This document shows, piece by piece, positions 9,490-19,278 of a DNA stretch of 64,000 nucleotides. Position 1 is the stretch's first letter, and each line of letters starts with the position of its first letter. The notes beneath the pieces were generated by a model. That model was not told the DNA's origin. It saw only the letters and a list, made by a program, of their open reading frames with translations, and did no database searches. Position numbers and translations under genes: made by a program. Source of the DNA: Candidatus Woesebacteria bacterium GW2011_GWB1_39_10 (GTDB lineage: Bacteria; Patescibacteriota; Microgenomatia; UBA8517); the NCBI GenBank assembly GCA_000993205.1, contig LBVU01000003.1, forward strand, positions 21,820-85,819, given 5' to 3'.

Positions 9490-11022
9490 TCAGTCTTGGT
9501 TTTTAGGTCTATATTGTAAAGCTTCCGCAATATGAACAGTTAGTATTTCTTTTTCTCCAGCCAGGTCGGCTATAGTCCTGGCAATTTTAATTACCTTAAA
9601 ATAACTGCGGGCGGAAAGATCCATTGTTGCAACCGCGCTTGTTAAAATCACGCGACAATCTTCCGACAAATCACAAAATTCTTTAACACTGCGTGTGCTC
9701 ATTTCGGAGTTGGATTTTAATTTAGTTCCTTCAAATCGTTTTAGTTGCATTCTGCGAGCTCTTTGTACCCTTTTTTGTATCTCTTTTGAGCTCTCACTTT
9801 TTCGCTTTTCGCTCCTCGATATTAGTTTCTGAGTTTCCACCGATGGAACATCAACATGAATATCTATTCTGTCCAAAATCGGACCCGAAATTCTGTGCTG
9901 ATAACGGGAGATATTTCCCGGCAAACAGGTACAAGCTCGTTTTGTATCTCCAAAATATCCACAAGGGCAGGGATTACTGGCGGCAACCAAAAGAAAATTG
10001 GCAGGATAAGTTACACTTCCTTTGGCCCGGGATATTGAAACGACAGAATCCTCCATTGGCTGCCTAAGTGACTCTAAAACATTTCTGGGGAACTCCGGAA
10101 ATTCATCCAAAAACAAAATCCCACGGTGGGCCAAAGAAATTTCCCCAGGCATCGGATTTGTTCCGCCACCTATTAAACCTATTCGGCTTGTAGTGTGGTG
10201 CGGGCTTCTGAAAGGACGTTTTGTAATTATTGATTCTCCTTCAGGGAGGTTGCCTGTTATGGAATAGATTTTTGTGACCTCTAGTGCCTCATCTTCTGTT
10301 AATGTCGGCAAAATTCCGGGTAATGCCCGTGCTAACATTGTTTTACCGCTCCCCGGAGTTCCTTTCATAAAAATGTTGTGATTTCCCGCCGCGGCAATCT
10401 CCATTGCCCGCTTGGCTTGTTCCTGGCCGACTACTTCGCTAAAATCAAATTCTGCTTCCCCAACAACTAAAAGTTTTTTAAGACTGATTTTTGGAGCGGG
10501 TTCAATTTCAATGGTCTTATGAAAATAACGCACCAATGTCAAAAGGGAATCAATTGCATATACCTCAATTCCGGGCACTACCGCCGCCTCAGTCTCATTT
10601 ACTTTGGGAACAAAAACACGCTTCATTCCTTTAATTTTTGCCAGATACGCCATGGGCAAAATTCCATTTGTATGGCGCAAGCTTCCGTCAAGTGAAAGTT
10701 CACCAAAAAATAATGCGTCGCTAATCTCCGGCGCAATTTGGCCCGACGCTACTAAAATTCCAAGGGCTATCGGAAGATCGTATGCAGGCCCCGCCTTTGG
10801 CAAGTCGGCAGGAGCAAGATTGACTGTAATCCTATTTATAGGAAAATCTGCCCCGGAATTTTTAATCGCACTTCTTACTCTTTCCTTAGATTCTTCAACA
10901 GCTTTATCGGGAAGACCTACAATTGTAAAACTCGGAAGCCCTTGTTCCGCAACATCAACTTCAACATCAACCAAAGTTGCGGTAAGTCCAACCGTAGCTC
11001 CCGAGGTAATTTTGGCAAGCAT
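9490..11022 (-). CDS. comM: YifB/ComM Mg-chelatase-like AAA ATPase
   Basis: VGLPDKAVEESKERVR, GTPGSGKT, FRSPHH, LFLDEFPEF and NPCPCG motifs. Confidence 0.93.
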   Translation of the reverse strand: MLAKITSGATVGLTATLVDVEVDVAEQGLPSFTIVGLPDKAVEESKERVRSAIKNSGADFPINRITVNLAPADLPKAGPAYDLPIALGILVASGQIAPEISDALFFGELSLDGSLRHTNGILPMAYLAKIKGMKRVFVPKVNETEAAVVPGIEVYAIDSLLTLVRYFHKTIEIEPAPKISLKKLLVVGEAEFDFSEVVGQEQAKRAMEIAAAGNHNIFMKGTPGSGKTMLARALPGILPTLTEDEALEVTKIYSITGNLPEGESIITKRPFRSPHHTTSRIGLIGGGTNPMPGEISLAHRGILFLDEFPEFPRNVLESLRQPMEDSVVSISRAKGSVTYPANFLLVAASNPCPCGYFGDTKRACTCLPGNISRYQHRISGPILDRIDIHVDVPSVETQKLISRSEKRKSESSKEIQKRVQRARRMQLKRFEGTKLKSNSEMSTRSVKEFCDLSEDCRVILTSAVATMDLSARSYFKVIKIARTIADLAGEKEILTVHIAEALQYRPKNQD

Positions 11023-11075
11023 GTAATTAGTATCACTATATCAAAACTTGATAATCATTCAAAATCGGAGGCATT

Positions 11076-11813
11076 ATGTTACAATACCACTGGCCCGTGA
11101 ACAAAAAACTCAAATACAAAAGAGTGCTTCTAAAACTTTCCGGAGAGTTATTTGGCGAAAAGGACGGAAAAGGCATTGGTTTTGAAAACTTCGAAAGAAT
11201 TGCAGAACAGATATATAAAATTTGGAAAACAACCGGTGTAGAACTTACCATAGTTGTCGGTGGCGGAAATATTTTTAGGGGCAGAGAGAGATCGACCGAT
11301 GTGGATGAAGCTTCCGCAGATTACATAGGTATGTTGGGGACTATAATAAACGGTATCGCGCTCCAGGATGCGCTGGAACGGACCGGCGCCCCAACCAGAA
11401 TGATGACGGCCTTTGAGATAAAATCGGTAGCAGAACCGTATATAAGGAGGCGCGCGATAAGACACATTGATAAAGGAAGAATTGTAATATTCACGGCCGG
11501 AACCGGAAATCCGTTCTTCACTACAGATAGCGGAGCGGCTCTAAGGGCAATAGAAATGCACTGCGATGTAATTTTAAAGGCCACTAACGTTGACGGAGTA
11601 TATTCGGAAGATCCAAAAGCGAATCCGAATGCGACATTTTACGAGAAACTGACTTACCAAAAGGCAATAGAGAAAAATCTAAAAGTGATGGATGCAACAG
11701 CCTTTGCTCTCTGCCAAAAACACAATATGCCGATTATTGTTTTTAATATTAATAAACTTAAAAATCTGGACAAAATTCTTCAGGGAGAAAAAACTGGAAC
11801 GCTGGTGTCCTAG
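11076..11813 (+). CDS. pyrH: UMP kinase
   Basis: LLKLSGE, GGGNIFRG, GTGNPFFTTD and VMDATA motifs. Confidence 0.96.
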   Translation: MLQYHWPVNKKLKYKRVLLKLSGELFGEKDGKGIGFENFERIAEQIYKIWKTTGVELTIVVGGGNIFRGRERSTDVDEASADYIGMLGTIINGIALQDALERTGAPTRMMTAFEIKSVAEPYIRRRAIRHIDKGRIVIFTAGTGNPFFTTDSGAALRAIEMHCDVILKATNVDGVYSEDPKANPNATFYEKLTYQKAIEKNLKVMDATAFALCQKHNMPIIVFNINKLKNLDKILQGEKTGTLVS

Positions 11814-11874
11814 GATTAGCACAATGACCTATAATATCTTTGATTATTCCAGTTTATTCTGTTATACTTGCCTC

Positions 11875-12263
11875 ACTCTAGAGAAAGGATGATCGCCCTG
11901 AGCGAAGCAGCTTTATGCTGAGTCAAATGGGGAGGAAAGTCCAGGCAGCAGAAAAGCAGGGTGTCCAGCGTAAGCTGGAGAGGTCATGAGATGTCCGCGA
12001 GGCTATCTCACGGCCGCCAGTTAGAGCCACAGAGACTATGTCGATTTTCCTACCCTAAAGGTAGGGAGAAACGAGTGAAAAGAGGCAATCCTCCCCGCTG
12101 CAACCTCCGAAAGGCCCGCCCCTTACCGGGCGAAACCGCTTTCAAAAAATCTTAAGAGAAATCTTAAGAGGCGGGCCGAAGTTCGAGGGCGTTAGATGGA
12201 TGATCGTCAAACCCTGAAATTTGTTCAGGGCCTAACAGAACCTGGCTTACTACTCTCTAGAGT
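11875..12263 (+). ncRNA. rnpB: RNase P RNA, reduced form
   Basis: GAGGAAAGUCC and AACAGAACCUGGCUUA (P4), GCCACAGA, and P1 ACUCUAGAGA/UCUCUAGAGU. TGTTATACT extended -10 at 11860-11868. Confidence 0.95.
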
Positions 12264-12269
12264 ACGATT

Positions 12270-12299
12270 TACCCCTCCGTAAGGAGGGGTTTTTGTTTG
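12270..12299 (+). terminator. rnpB intrinsic terminator
   Basis: acccctcc gtaa ggaggggt followed by a T tract. Confidence 0.85.
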
Positions 12300-12306
12300 T
12301 GGATAT

Positions 12307-13281
12307 CTAATCCTTAATAAGGTATTCTTGTGCCAAAACTTGAAGAGTGATTACAAAAGGAACAGAGATTATCATTCCCACCACTCCGGCCAGCCTTTCT
12401 CCGATCGCAAAAGCCAAAAGAATAATAATAGGAGAAACTCCAACCGATTTCCCCATTATCTTTGGTACAAATACATAGTTCTCAAGCTGTTGAACCAGAA
12501 GCGCCATGATTACAACCCCAAAACCGGTAACAGGGGAAATCCCAAAACCAATCAAAACTCCGGGAATGGCTGCAACAATCGGTCCCAGATACGGAATTAC
12601 TTCGAACAAACCCGCCAGAATTGCCAAAGGCAGGGCAAAAGGCATTCCTAAAACTGTCAACCCAATATAGTTAAGCATACCAACAAGAAACATTAAAGAA
12701 AGCTCGCCTCTTGCCCAGCCTCCTAATTTTCCTTCAAGTCTGGCCAATAGATCAACCAATTTCCCGGCTTTTTCTGAACCAAAGAAAAGTCCCAGTTGTT
12801 CATCCAACTTATTCCTGGAAAGAAGCAAATAAAAAGTAAAAACCAAGACTGCCAAAACCGATACCACATTAGCTAAAAGGCTTGCTCCAAACACCAGAAG
12901 CTGTCCCGGAATGCTCCCAACCCTTGTAAAAAACTCACGATTTACTTCCGAGCTAACTACGGGTGGTATACCTAACTGGGAAATATATCCCGGAAGTGAA
13001 TTTGCAAAATTTGTTGTCTGTTCTACAAGCGGAGGCGCCAAAAGCGCAATAATTCCGCCAAGAAGGCTGAAAATCAAAATGTAGGATGAAAGAATGGCCA
13101 GTCCTCTGGGAATTTTGAAAGATGCCAGTTTTGTAACAAAGGGATCAAGAATTGTAGTAAAAAGAAGGGCTATAAAAAGCTGCAAAAGCAGATCTTTTAT
13201 ATAAAAAAGGAACCATAAAAATATTAAAAAGAAAACTGAAAAAATTATTGTTTTATGGGAAATCTCGACTTTGCGCGGCAT
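12307..13281 (-). CDS. AI-2E family (PerM/UPF0118) membrane protein
   Basis: Multiple TM helices; IPYLGP and QQLENYVFVPKIMG motifs. Start at MPRK after TGGTATAAT. Confidence 0.9.
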   Translation of the reverse strand: MPRKVEISHKTIIFSVFFLIFLWFLFYIKDLLLQLFIALLFTTILDPFVTKLASFKIPRGLAILSSYILIFSLLGGIIALLAPPLVEQTTNFANSLPGYISQLGIPPVVSSEVNREFFTRVGSIPGQLLVFGASLLANVVSVLAVLVFTFYLLLSRNKLDEQLGLFFGSEKAGKLVDLLARLEGKLGGWARGELSLMFLVGMLNYIGLTVLGMPFALPLAILAGLFEVIPYLGPIVAAIPGVLIGFGISPVTGFGVVIMALLVQQLENYVFVPKIMGKSVGVSPIIILLAFAIGERLAGVVGMIISVPFVITLQVLAQEYLIKD

Positions 13282-13282
13282 G

Positions 13283-14254
13283 TTATGCCTGATTATACCA
13301 TTTTTTGACCAAACTTTCCACATTAATCAAAAATTCAGGATCTGTTATGTCAAACCACGTTATTCTTCTGTCTTTTTTGAACCAAACCATCTGGCGCTTG
13401 GCGTACCGTACTTCGTCTCTCGCCCACTCAGCGAGTATTTGGTCTTCAGTGACATCTCCCTCAAAATAGTCTCGCCACAACCCATATCCCATGGCCATCA
13501 TGGCTTGGTTTTCCCAAGTAACCCCACTTTTTAACAAATTCTCAACTTCCGTTTTTATTCCTTTGTCTAATCTATCTATTACCCGTTTTACAATTCTTCT
13601 ATCGATGAATTCCTTAGGCGCGGTCAGACCAATACGCAAAACGTCAAAATTGTTTCCGATTGTGTGACGCGCGGATGTTACGAATTTTTTTGTAAGTTGA
13701 TATTGGGCAATTTCTATTGCCCGTACTAAACGCCTCGGATTTTTCTTATCGGAAGAATTAAAAGACCCTGCTTTGAGAGAATCTAGTTGAGATAGTTTTT
13801 CGTAAAGTTCATTTACCGATTTTCCTTCCAAATTTTTTCGAAGTTTATTATTCTTTGGAACATCTGCAGTATCGATCCCATCAATTACTCCCCTTATATA
13901 AAGACCTGTTCCCCCAACCAAGATGGGAAAAGCGCCCCGTTTTGAAATATCGTCGATAATACGATGCGCGATTTTGAGATATTGAGCTACACTGAATTCA
14001 CCTTTTGGATCGACAAGATCATATCCCCAGATTTTAATCCCTTCTGCTTCATAATACCCTCCCAATTTTGAATTATTAATTATTAATTTTGAGTTAACGG
14101 GAAGATCCTTCCCGGTTCCGATATTCATTATTTTGTAAACTTGGCGTGAGTCGGCCGAAACAATTTCTCCATTTAACTTTTTGGCAATTTTGATAGCCAG
14201 TGAAGTTTTGCCGGTTGATGTTGGGCCGCAAATTACAAGCAATTTTTTTGTCAT
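13283..14254 (-). CDS. miaA: tRNA dimethylallyltransferase
   Basis: GPTSTGKT, SADSRQVY, VGGTGLY and YAKRQMVWF motifs. Confidence 0.96.
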   Translation of the reverse strand: MTKKLLVICGPTSTGKTSLAIKIAKKLNGEIVSADSRQVYKIMNIGTGKDLPVNSKLIINNSKLGGYYEAEGIKIWGYDLVDPKGEFSVAQYLKIAHRIIDDISKRGAFPILVGGTGLYIRGVIDGIDTADVPKNNKLRKNLEGKSVNELYEKLSQLDSLKAGSFNSSDKKNPRRLVRAIEIAQYQLTKKFVTSARHTIGNNFDVLRIGLTAPKEFIDRRIVKRVIDRLDKGIKTEVENLLKSGVTWENQAMMAMGYGLWRDYFEGDVTEDQILAEWARDEVRYAKRQMVWFKKDRRITWFDITDPEFLINVESLVKKWYNQA

Positions 14255-14261
14255 GTGTTTG

Positions 14262-15050
14262 TTAACTGCTTGCGCTGGCGTATTTTTTCAAAGCGTAATT
14301 CCAAAATCTAAATGAGAGAAAAAGCGCGAGAACTCCTATAAACATAGATATTAGTATTCCTCCTCCACTAACCAGTCCCATCAACGCCTTTGCCGGAAAG
14401 GTTATCATAATTCCGACCGGAATCAAATATGTTAAAAGTCCCTGGACCGGTTGCTTATAAATATCTACCGGAAATCTGCCAAAAGAAGTTAGATCCCGGT
14501 AAATCATTATTGTATGATCAATTTCCAATGTAATTATTCCCATGGCAAGAACTGCTATGTGGAAAGCTGCAGCAATCAGGAAGCCATTTACAATAAGCAG
14601 TACAAAGTACAAAGTACTTAGTATAGAGGGGTGAAACAGGGAACCGGCATACCAGGTTGCGATGATAAGAGGTGGAATCGTAAAAAAGTCTATTGCATCC
14701 GCCCCACCCAAAAGCGAAACGAATAACGCGTTAGTCGGTTTAACCAAAGTTAAATCAAAATCACCAGAGATTATCTTTGGTCTAAAACGGTAAACCTCCC
14801 TAAAGAAAAATTGCGACAATACATCCACCAAATTGAAAACAAGGAAGAAAAAAATCGCTTGGTTACCGGAATACCCGGCAAGACCATTTGTCCCTTGTAT
14901 TAAAAAATATAGAAAGCCAATAAACAAAGAAAATCTAAGTACTTTACCAGTCAAAAAAAACAATAATGCAACTCTTTGTCCAAGTACTATAGAAAATGAA
15001 TTTCTGGTTAATAACCACCAAATTTTAGAATAATATTTGAGTTTTTTCAT
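14262..15050 (-). CDS. ABC-2 type permease (DUF990-like)
   Basis: About 6 TM helices; GDFDLTLVKP and FPVDIY motifs; in an operon with an ABC ATPase. Confidence 0.85.
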   Translation of the reverse strand: MKKLKYYSKIWWLLTRNSFSIVLGQRVALLFFLTGKVLRFSLFIGFLYFLIQGTNGLAGYSGNQAIFFFLVFNLVDVLSQFFFREVYRFRPKIISGDFDLTLVKPTNALFVSLLGGADAIDFFTIPPLIIATWYAGSLFHPSILSTLYFVLLIVNGFLIAAAFHIAVLAMGIITLEIDHTIMIYRDLTSFGRFPVDIYKQPVQGLLTYLIPVGIMITFPAKALMGLVSGGGILISMFIGVLALFLSFRFWNYALKKYASASS

Positions 15051-15053
15051 AGA

Positions 15054-15079
15054 GTCATCCTGAATTGATTTCAGGATCT
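15054..15079. repeat. Family B palindrome (GTCA-TCCTGAA-n5-TTCAGGA)
   Basis: gtcatcctgaattgatttcaggatct; related copies at 12212, 34967, 36134, 37355, 40884 and 61016. Confidence 0.85.
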
Positions 15080-15881
15080 AACGTCCAAATGCCTGATATT
15101 CCTTAAGACCCCTACTCCAAACATATCTCATTGCTAAATAGAGAGCTACTGCCCAAGCTATCGATATCACAAAACCCTGTATTAGCGACATTCCCGTGAT
15201 TTTACCCAAGTAAACCTGAACCGGAAAAAATATCATATAAGGGAAAGGTAGCGACATCACAATTTTTTGGTAAACGCCGGGCAAAATATCTATGGGGAAT
15301 ACCGCTCCGGACAAAAATTCCAACATTACAATGATTACCAAAAATTGAGACCCCCACCCAAGTTCCGGTGCCCAAAAAGGAACTGCTGAAATTATAAAAA
15401 GAAGTGAAAAATAAATCAGTATCGCTAAAACTATCGCCATTAGAAATGATAGAAAGACGTAAATGTTGGTTTGAAAAAAGAATGGGGGTTTTAAAATTAC
15501 AAAAAGTATAGCAAATTCTCCTGCTGCAAAAAAAAGGTTTAACACCTTGCTGGCAATGTCGCGGGTAAACCAATATTTAAAATAACTCATTGGTCGGATA
15601 AGATAATTGGAAAGGTTTCCTTCAGCAACATCGCTTGAAACGTCCACCGCCCGCGCTGAAAGGACTATTGAACGAACTATGATGAGTGTAAAAATATATG
15701 TCATAATTTTTGCCCTGTCATAACCAAAGACCTCTCTCCCCGGAGCGGAAAAAATAGTATCCCAAAGGTAATACGTGACAATTATTTGAAAAACATTTCG
15801 AACCCTCCACATTACGAAGTTAATTTTGTAAGTAAATTCTTCCTGAAAAGAAATTTTGAAGATCTGGAAATATTTATTCAT
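15078..15881 (-). CDS. ABC-2 type permease (DUF990-like)
   Basis: About 6 TM helices; GNLSNYLIRP and LSGAVFPIDILP motifs. Confidence 0.85.
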   Translation of the reverse strand: MNKYFQIFKISFQEEFTYKINFVMWRVRNVFQIIVTYYLWDTIFSAPGREVFGYDRAKIMTYIFTLIIVRSIVLSARAVDVSSDVAEGNLSNYLIRPMSYFKYWFTRDIASKVLNLFFAAGEFAILFVILKPPFFFQTNIYVFLSFLMAIVLAILIYFSLLFIISAVPFWAPELGWGSQFLVIIVMLEFLSGAVFPIDILPGVYQKIVMSLPFPYMIFFPVQVYLGKITGMSLIQGFVISIAWAVALYLAMRYVWSRGLKEYQAFGR

Positions 15882-16867
15882 TTTCCGAAAATGCCACCTT
15901 TAAAGACTTTGCGGATCACATCCTCTATAGGAATCTCCTCTATCGTCAAATCGTCAACGGCAAAGTTTTGCAAAAGTTCGGCCGCCGCAACTGCGATTGC
16001 GTTTCTTGGTACCGAAATAACAACTTCCGGGAAGGCCAGTTTTCTGACCTTTCCGATTTTCTCAAGGTCGACAATTCCGTCACTTTTTGCCAGAGTTGCT
16101 TTAATGATTTTTTCTTTGGCAAATTTTTCAACCAACTCCTCAAGTGCCCCGTCAAATAATATCTTTCCTTCATCCACCACTATTACACGTCTGGCCAGGT
16201 CGACAAGGTCGTCCATGTTGTGTGAAGTCAAAATTATTGTAGCCTGATATTTCCTATTGTATTCATATATGAAGTCGCGCATTTTTTGCTGGGCAACAAG
16301 ATCCAGACCAATTGTGGGTTCGTCTAAAAATAAAACCTTCGGTTTATGAAGAAGCGCCGCAGTTAATTCCATCCGCATCCGCTGACCCAATGAAAGTTTT
16401 CTAACTGGGATATTTATAAGTTTTCCAATTTCCAGAAGTTCAACAAGTTCTTTAAGATTGTCTTCATATTCCCTAGTGTTAAGTTCGTAAATTGCACGGT
16501 TTAGTTCAAAAGTCTCAATCGCCGGAAGATCCCACCAAAGTTGATTTTTTTGACCCATGACGAGCGCAATTTGTTTTAAAAATTCCGGTTTCCTTTCCCA
16601 TGGGTCATACTCCATTACGCTAACAAAACCGCTGGTGGGATAAAGAAGGCCGGATAAAGTTTTTAGAGTTGTAGTCTTTCCAGCTCCGTTTGGCCCTATA
16701 AACCCAACAAGCTCGCCTGTTTGAATAGAAAAAGAAACTCCCCGCAAGGCATGCACCTGTTTTTTCGTTGGAGAAAAAAGAGACTTCACAGCTCCCGTTA
16801 AACCCGGTTCTTTTTGAATAACCTCAAAATTTTTTACGAGGTGGTCAACAATAATGGCACGATCCAT
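15878..16867 (-). CDS. ABC transporter ATP-binding protein
   Basis: GPNGAGKTT, LSLGQ, LDEPT and TSH motifs. Confidence 0.95.
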   Translation of the reverse strand: MDRAIIVDHLVKNFEVIQKEPGLTGAVKSLFSPTKKQVHALRGVSFSIQTGELVGFIGPNGAGKTTTLKTLSGLLYPTSGFVSVMEYDPWERKPEFLKQIALVMGQKNQLWWDLPAIETFELNRAIYELNTREYEDNLKELVELLEIGKLINIPVRKLSLGQRMRMELTAALLHKPKVLFLDEPTIGLDLVAQQKMRDFIYEYNRKYQATIILTSHNMDDLVDLARRVIVVDEGKILFDGALEELVEKFAKEKIIKATLAKSDGIVDLEKIGKVRKLAFPEVVISVPRNAIAVAAAELLQNFAVDDLTIEEIPIEDVIRKVFKGGIFGK

Positions 16868-16884
16868 AACCCAAGTATAACACT

Positions 16885-16970
16885 AGCTAATAACTAAAAT
16901 CTAAAAACTAATAATCATAACTCAAAACTTAAAACCATAAGATTTTAGATATAAATTTTTAGTTATTAAT
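16885..16970. repeat. Intergenic heptamer tandem repeat with inverted half
   Basis: taataac taaaatc taaaaac taataat ... agatttt agatata aattttt agttatt. Confidence 0.75.
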
Positions 16971-17245
16971 TATCTCGCTACTTGTCTTTTTAGTTTCTTC
17001 CCTGGGGTGAAACGGGGGGATCTATGAGATTTAATAGTAACCAATTTTTCTGTCCTGGGAATCTTAACGGTCTTGCCTTTCATTGAAATAACTCTAAATG
17101 TTCCAAATCCTGAAAGTACAACCTTTTCACCTTTTGATAAAATACGTCCGATTTCGTTAAGAAATACTTCAACAGCTTCATCAGCAGCTTTTTTAGTAAG
17201 ATGCGCTTTCCTTGCCACTTGATCAATCAAATCGCCTTTTGTCAT
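16970..17245 (-). CDS. hup: HU family DNA-binding protein
   Basis: MTKGDLI, LSGFGTF and PRFTPGKKLK motifs. Confidence 0.92.
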   Translation of the reverse strand: MTKGDLIDQVARKAHLTKKAADEAVEVFLNEIGRILSKGEKVVLSGFGTFRVISMKGKTVKIPRTEKLVTIKSHRSPRFTPGKKLKRQVAR

Positions 17246-17303
17246 GTTCGTGTCAAGAATACGGCAAATATTATTAATTGTCAAGCAAACCTGCCACTAA
17301 ATT

Positions 17304-18467
17304 TTATTTAGCAGAAGTTGTTTCGGTGGCGCGGACTTCGCGGATAACAGAAACTTTAATTTGTCCTGCATATTCTGCCTCTTTTTCCAACTTTCTAGCT
17401 ATATCATGGGCTAAAACCGTAAGTTTGTCGTCATCAACTTCGTCCGGATTAACTATCACACGAACATCCCGACCGGCCTGGAATGCAAATACTTGGTCCA
17501 CCCCGGGAAAACCTTTGGAGACTTCTTCGATCTTGCTCATTCTTTTGATATAACCTTCATGAGGTTCGTAACGGGCGCCGGGACGACTGCCGGAAATTGC
17601 ATCCGCCATCCAGACGATTACGGATTCGTTGGATGAGAAAGGTCTATCTTCATGATGTTCTGCCACACAAGCAATAACTTCTTTGGGTAGTCCGTATTTC
17701 TTAAGAAGGTTTACACCGAGTTCTATGTGATTCCCTTCTTCGTCAGTTACAATTTTACCAACGTCATGGAGTAAACATCCTAGTCGCACCACATCTGCAT
17801 TGGCGCCGACTTCCTGAGCAATAGCGATTCCCATTTTTGTCTCTTCTATGGTGTGAATTCCCAAATTTTGCCCATATGAAGTTCTGAATCTGAAACGTCC
17901 AATAAGTCTCATTAGTTCTACCGGCAAATTGTAAACTCCACATTCGTGAGTGATTTTCTTTCCCTCTTCCAAAAGCACATCTTCCATGCTGGCCTTTACC
18001 TGGCGGATAACTTCTTCAATCCTTGAAGGCTGAATTCTTGCGTCTTTGATAAGGATTTCCAAGGCGCGCTTGGCAATTTCACGCCTTACGGCATCGAATG
18101 AAGAAAGCCGAATATCGTTTGTTTCGTCGATTTCAATTTCGACCCCAGCCTCTTTTTCGAAAGTACGGATGTTCCTGCCCCCCGCGCCAATGATTCTACC
18201 TTTGGCGTCCTCGTTAGGAACGGTGACGGAGGAAACTGTGTATTCGGCAACGTAACCGGTAGCACCCTGCTTCATGGCATCGAGAAGAATATCGAGGGAT
18301 TTTTCATGGACCTCCTCTTTAATCTTTTCTTCAGCGGCCCTGATTTTTTTTGCAATCTCCCCCGTGAGTTCCTTTTGAACTTCATCGAGTAAGGCCTTTT
18401 TGGCCTCATCCACAGTAAGCTTGGCAACTTTGGCCAACTTTTCTTTGTATTCGTCTTGTATATTCAT
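17304..18467 (-). CDS. rny: Ribonuclease Y without N-terminal membrane anchor
   Basis: KH domain (KGRIIGAGGRNIR), RTSYGQN, LLHDVGK, DAISGSRPGAR and QAGRDVRV motifs. Confidence 0.93.
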   Translation of the reverse strand: MNIQDEYKEKLAKVAKLTVDEAKKALLDEVQKELTGEIAKKIRAAEEKIKEEVHEKSLDILLDAMKQGATGYVAEYTVSSVTVPNEDAKGRIIGAGGRNIRTFEKEAGVEIEIDETNDIRLSSFDAVRREIAKRALEILIKDARIQPSRIEEVIRQVKASMEDVLLEEGKKITHECGVYNLPVELMRLIGRFRFRTSYGQNLGIHTIEETKMGIAIAQEVGANADVVRLGCLLHDVGKIVTDEEGNHIELGVNLLKKYGLPKEVIACVAEHHEDRPFSSNESVIVWMADAISGSRPGARYEPHEGYIKRMSKIEEVSKGFPGVDQVFAFQAGRDVRVIVNPDEVDDDKLTVLAHDIARKLEKEAEYAGQIKVSVIREVRATETTSAK

Positions 18468-18474
18468 GATTAAT

Positions 18475-18517
18475 AGGGTCCGACCTTATTATGGCGCCCT
18501 GAAAAGGTCGGACCCTT
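18475..18517. repeat. Inverted pair AGGGTCCGACCTT / AAGGTCGGACCCT (family E)
   Basis: 13-bp perfect inverted repeat just upstream of rny; related pair at 20355-20405. Confidence 0.85.
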
Positions 18518-18646
18518 TCAAAGCAAAGTCAGAAAGAATAACCCTTATATAAGAGTTTCGGCGAAAGAAGCAAAATTATCGGCTCTTTGTACCATTTTCT
18601 TTGACTCTGAAGACGATTATATCACAAAAACTTCAAAAATATCCAC

Positions 18647-19060
18647 CTAGGATAGTAAGGCTGACATTTGTATTTGAGCTGGAATTTTTTCCAAAAGCTC
18701 AGTCGATGGAATTCCGTCTTTGCTTAGAGCCTGACACGCCAATTTCCATTCCTCTTCAAGACAAAAACGAAAGAAACTGGCCCTTCCCGGATCTTGTACT
18801 AAAAATTTCTTGTAATCAGCATAATCCGCAATGCCTTTAGAGGTTGGTCGATCAACCAGTGAACGACTGGCTTTTAAAACAACAGCTGTTTCGACAGCTT
18901 TTTGTAACGAGTAAGCATTTGGGTCATCAAGGTACGCGTTCCACTCTTTTTTTAAATAACCGATGTTTGTGGCATGGTCGCCTGCGTTCTTTTCGGTATC
19001 AGCCACCACCTGTTTATAATCTATTGCAGCTTGTGAAATAGTCTCTGTCATTTGCGTCAT
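18647..19060 (-). CDS. Hypothetical protein
   Basis: 137-aa ORF; TGTTATAAT abuts the first ATG, so the real start may be at 19051. Confidence 0.6.
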   Translation of the reverse strand: MTQMTETISQAAIDYKQVVADTEKNAGDHATNIGYLKKEWNAYLDDPNAYSLQKAVETAVVLKASRSLVDRPTSKGIADYADYKKFLVQDPGRASFFRFCLEEEWKLACQALSKDGIPSTELLEKIPAQIQMSALLS

Positions 19061-19278
19061 TATAACATTTCACTCAATATTACAAAACCTCCACACCACA
19101 CCCAAACCTTTTTGGCCAAATATTGGAATCGCTCTGTTCTGCATCTGTCACTACTATAATTCGAATCATGGTAGTGAAACATTTTGCTATTTTGGTACTT
19201 GACCAATTTAAAGTCATACCTTAAATCGGCCAACTTAATTTGTTAGTAATTTACCAGATTAATGCAGTATTATTAATG

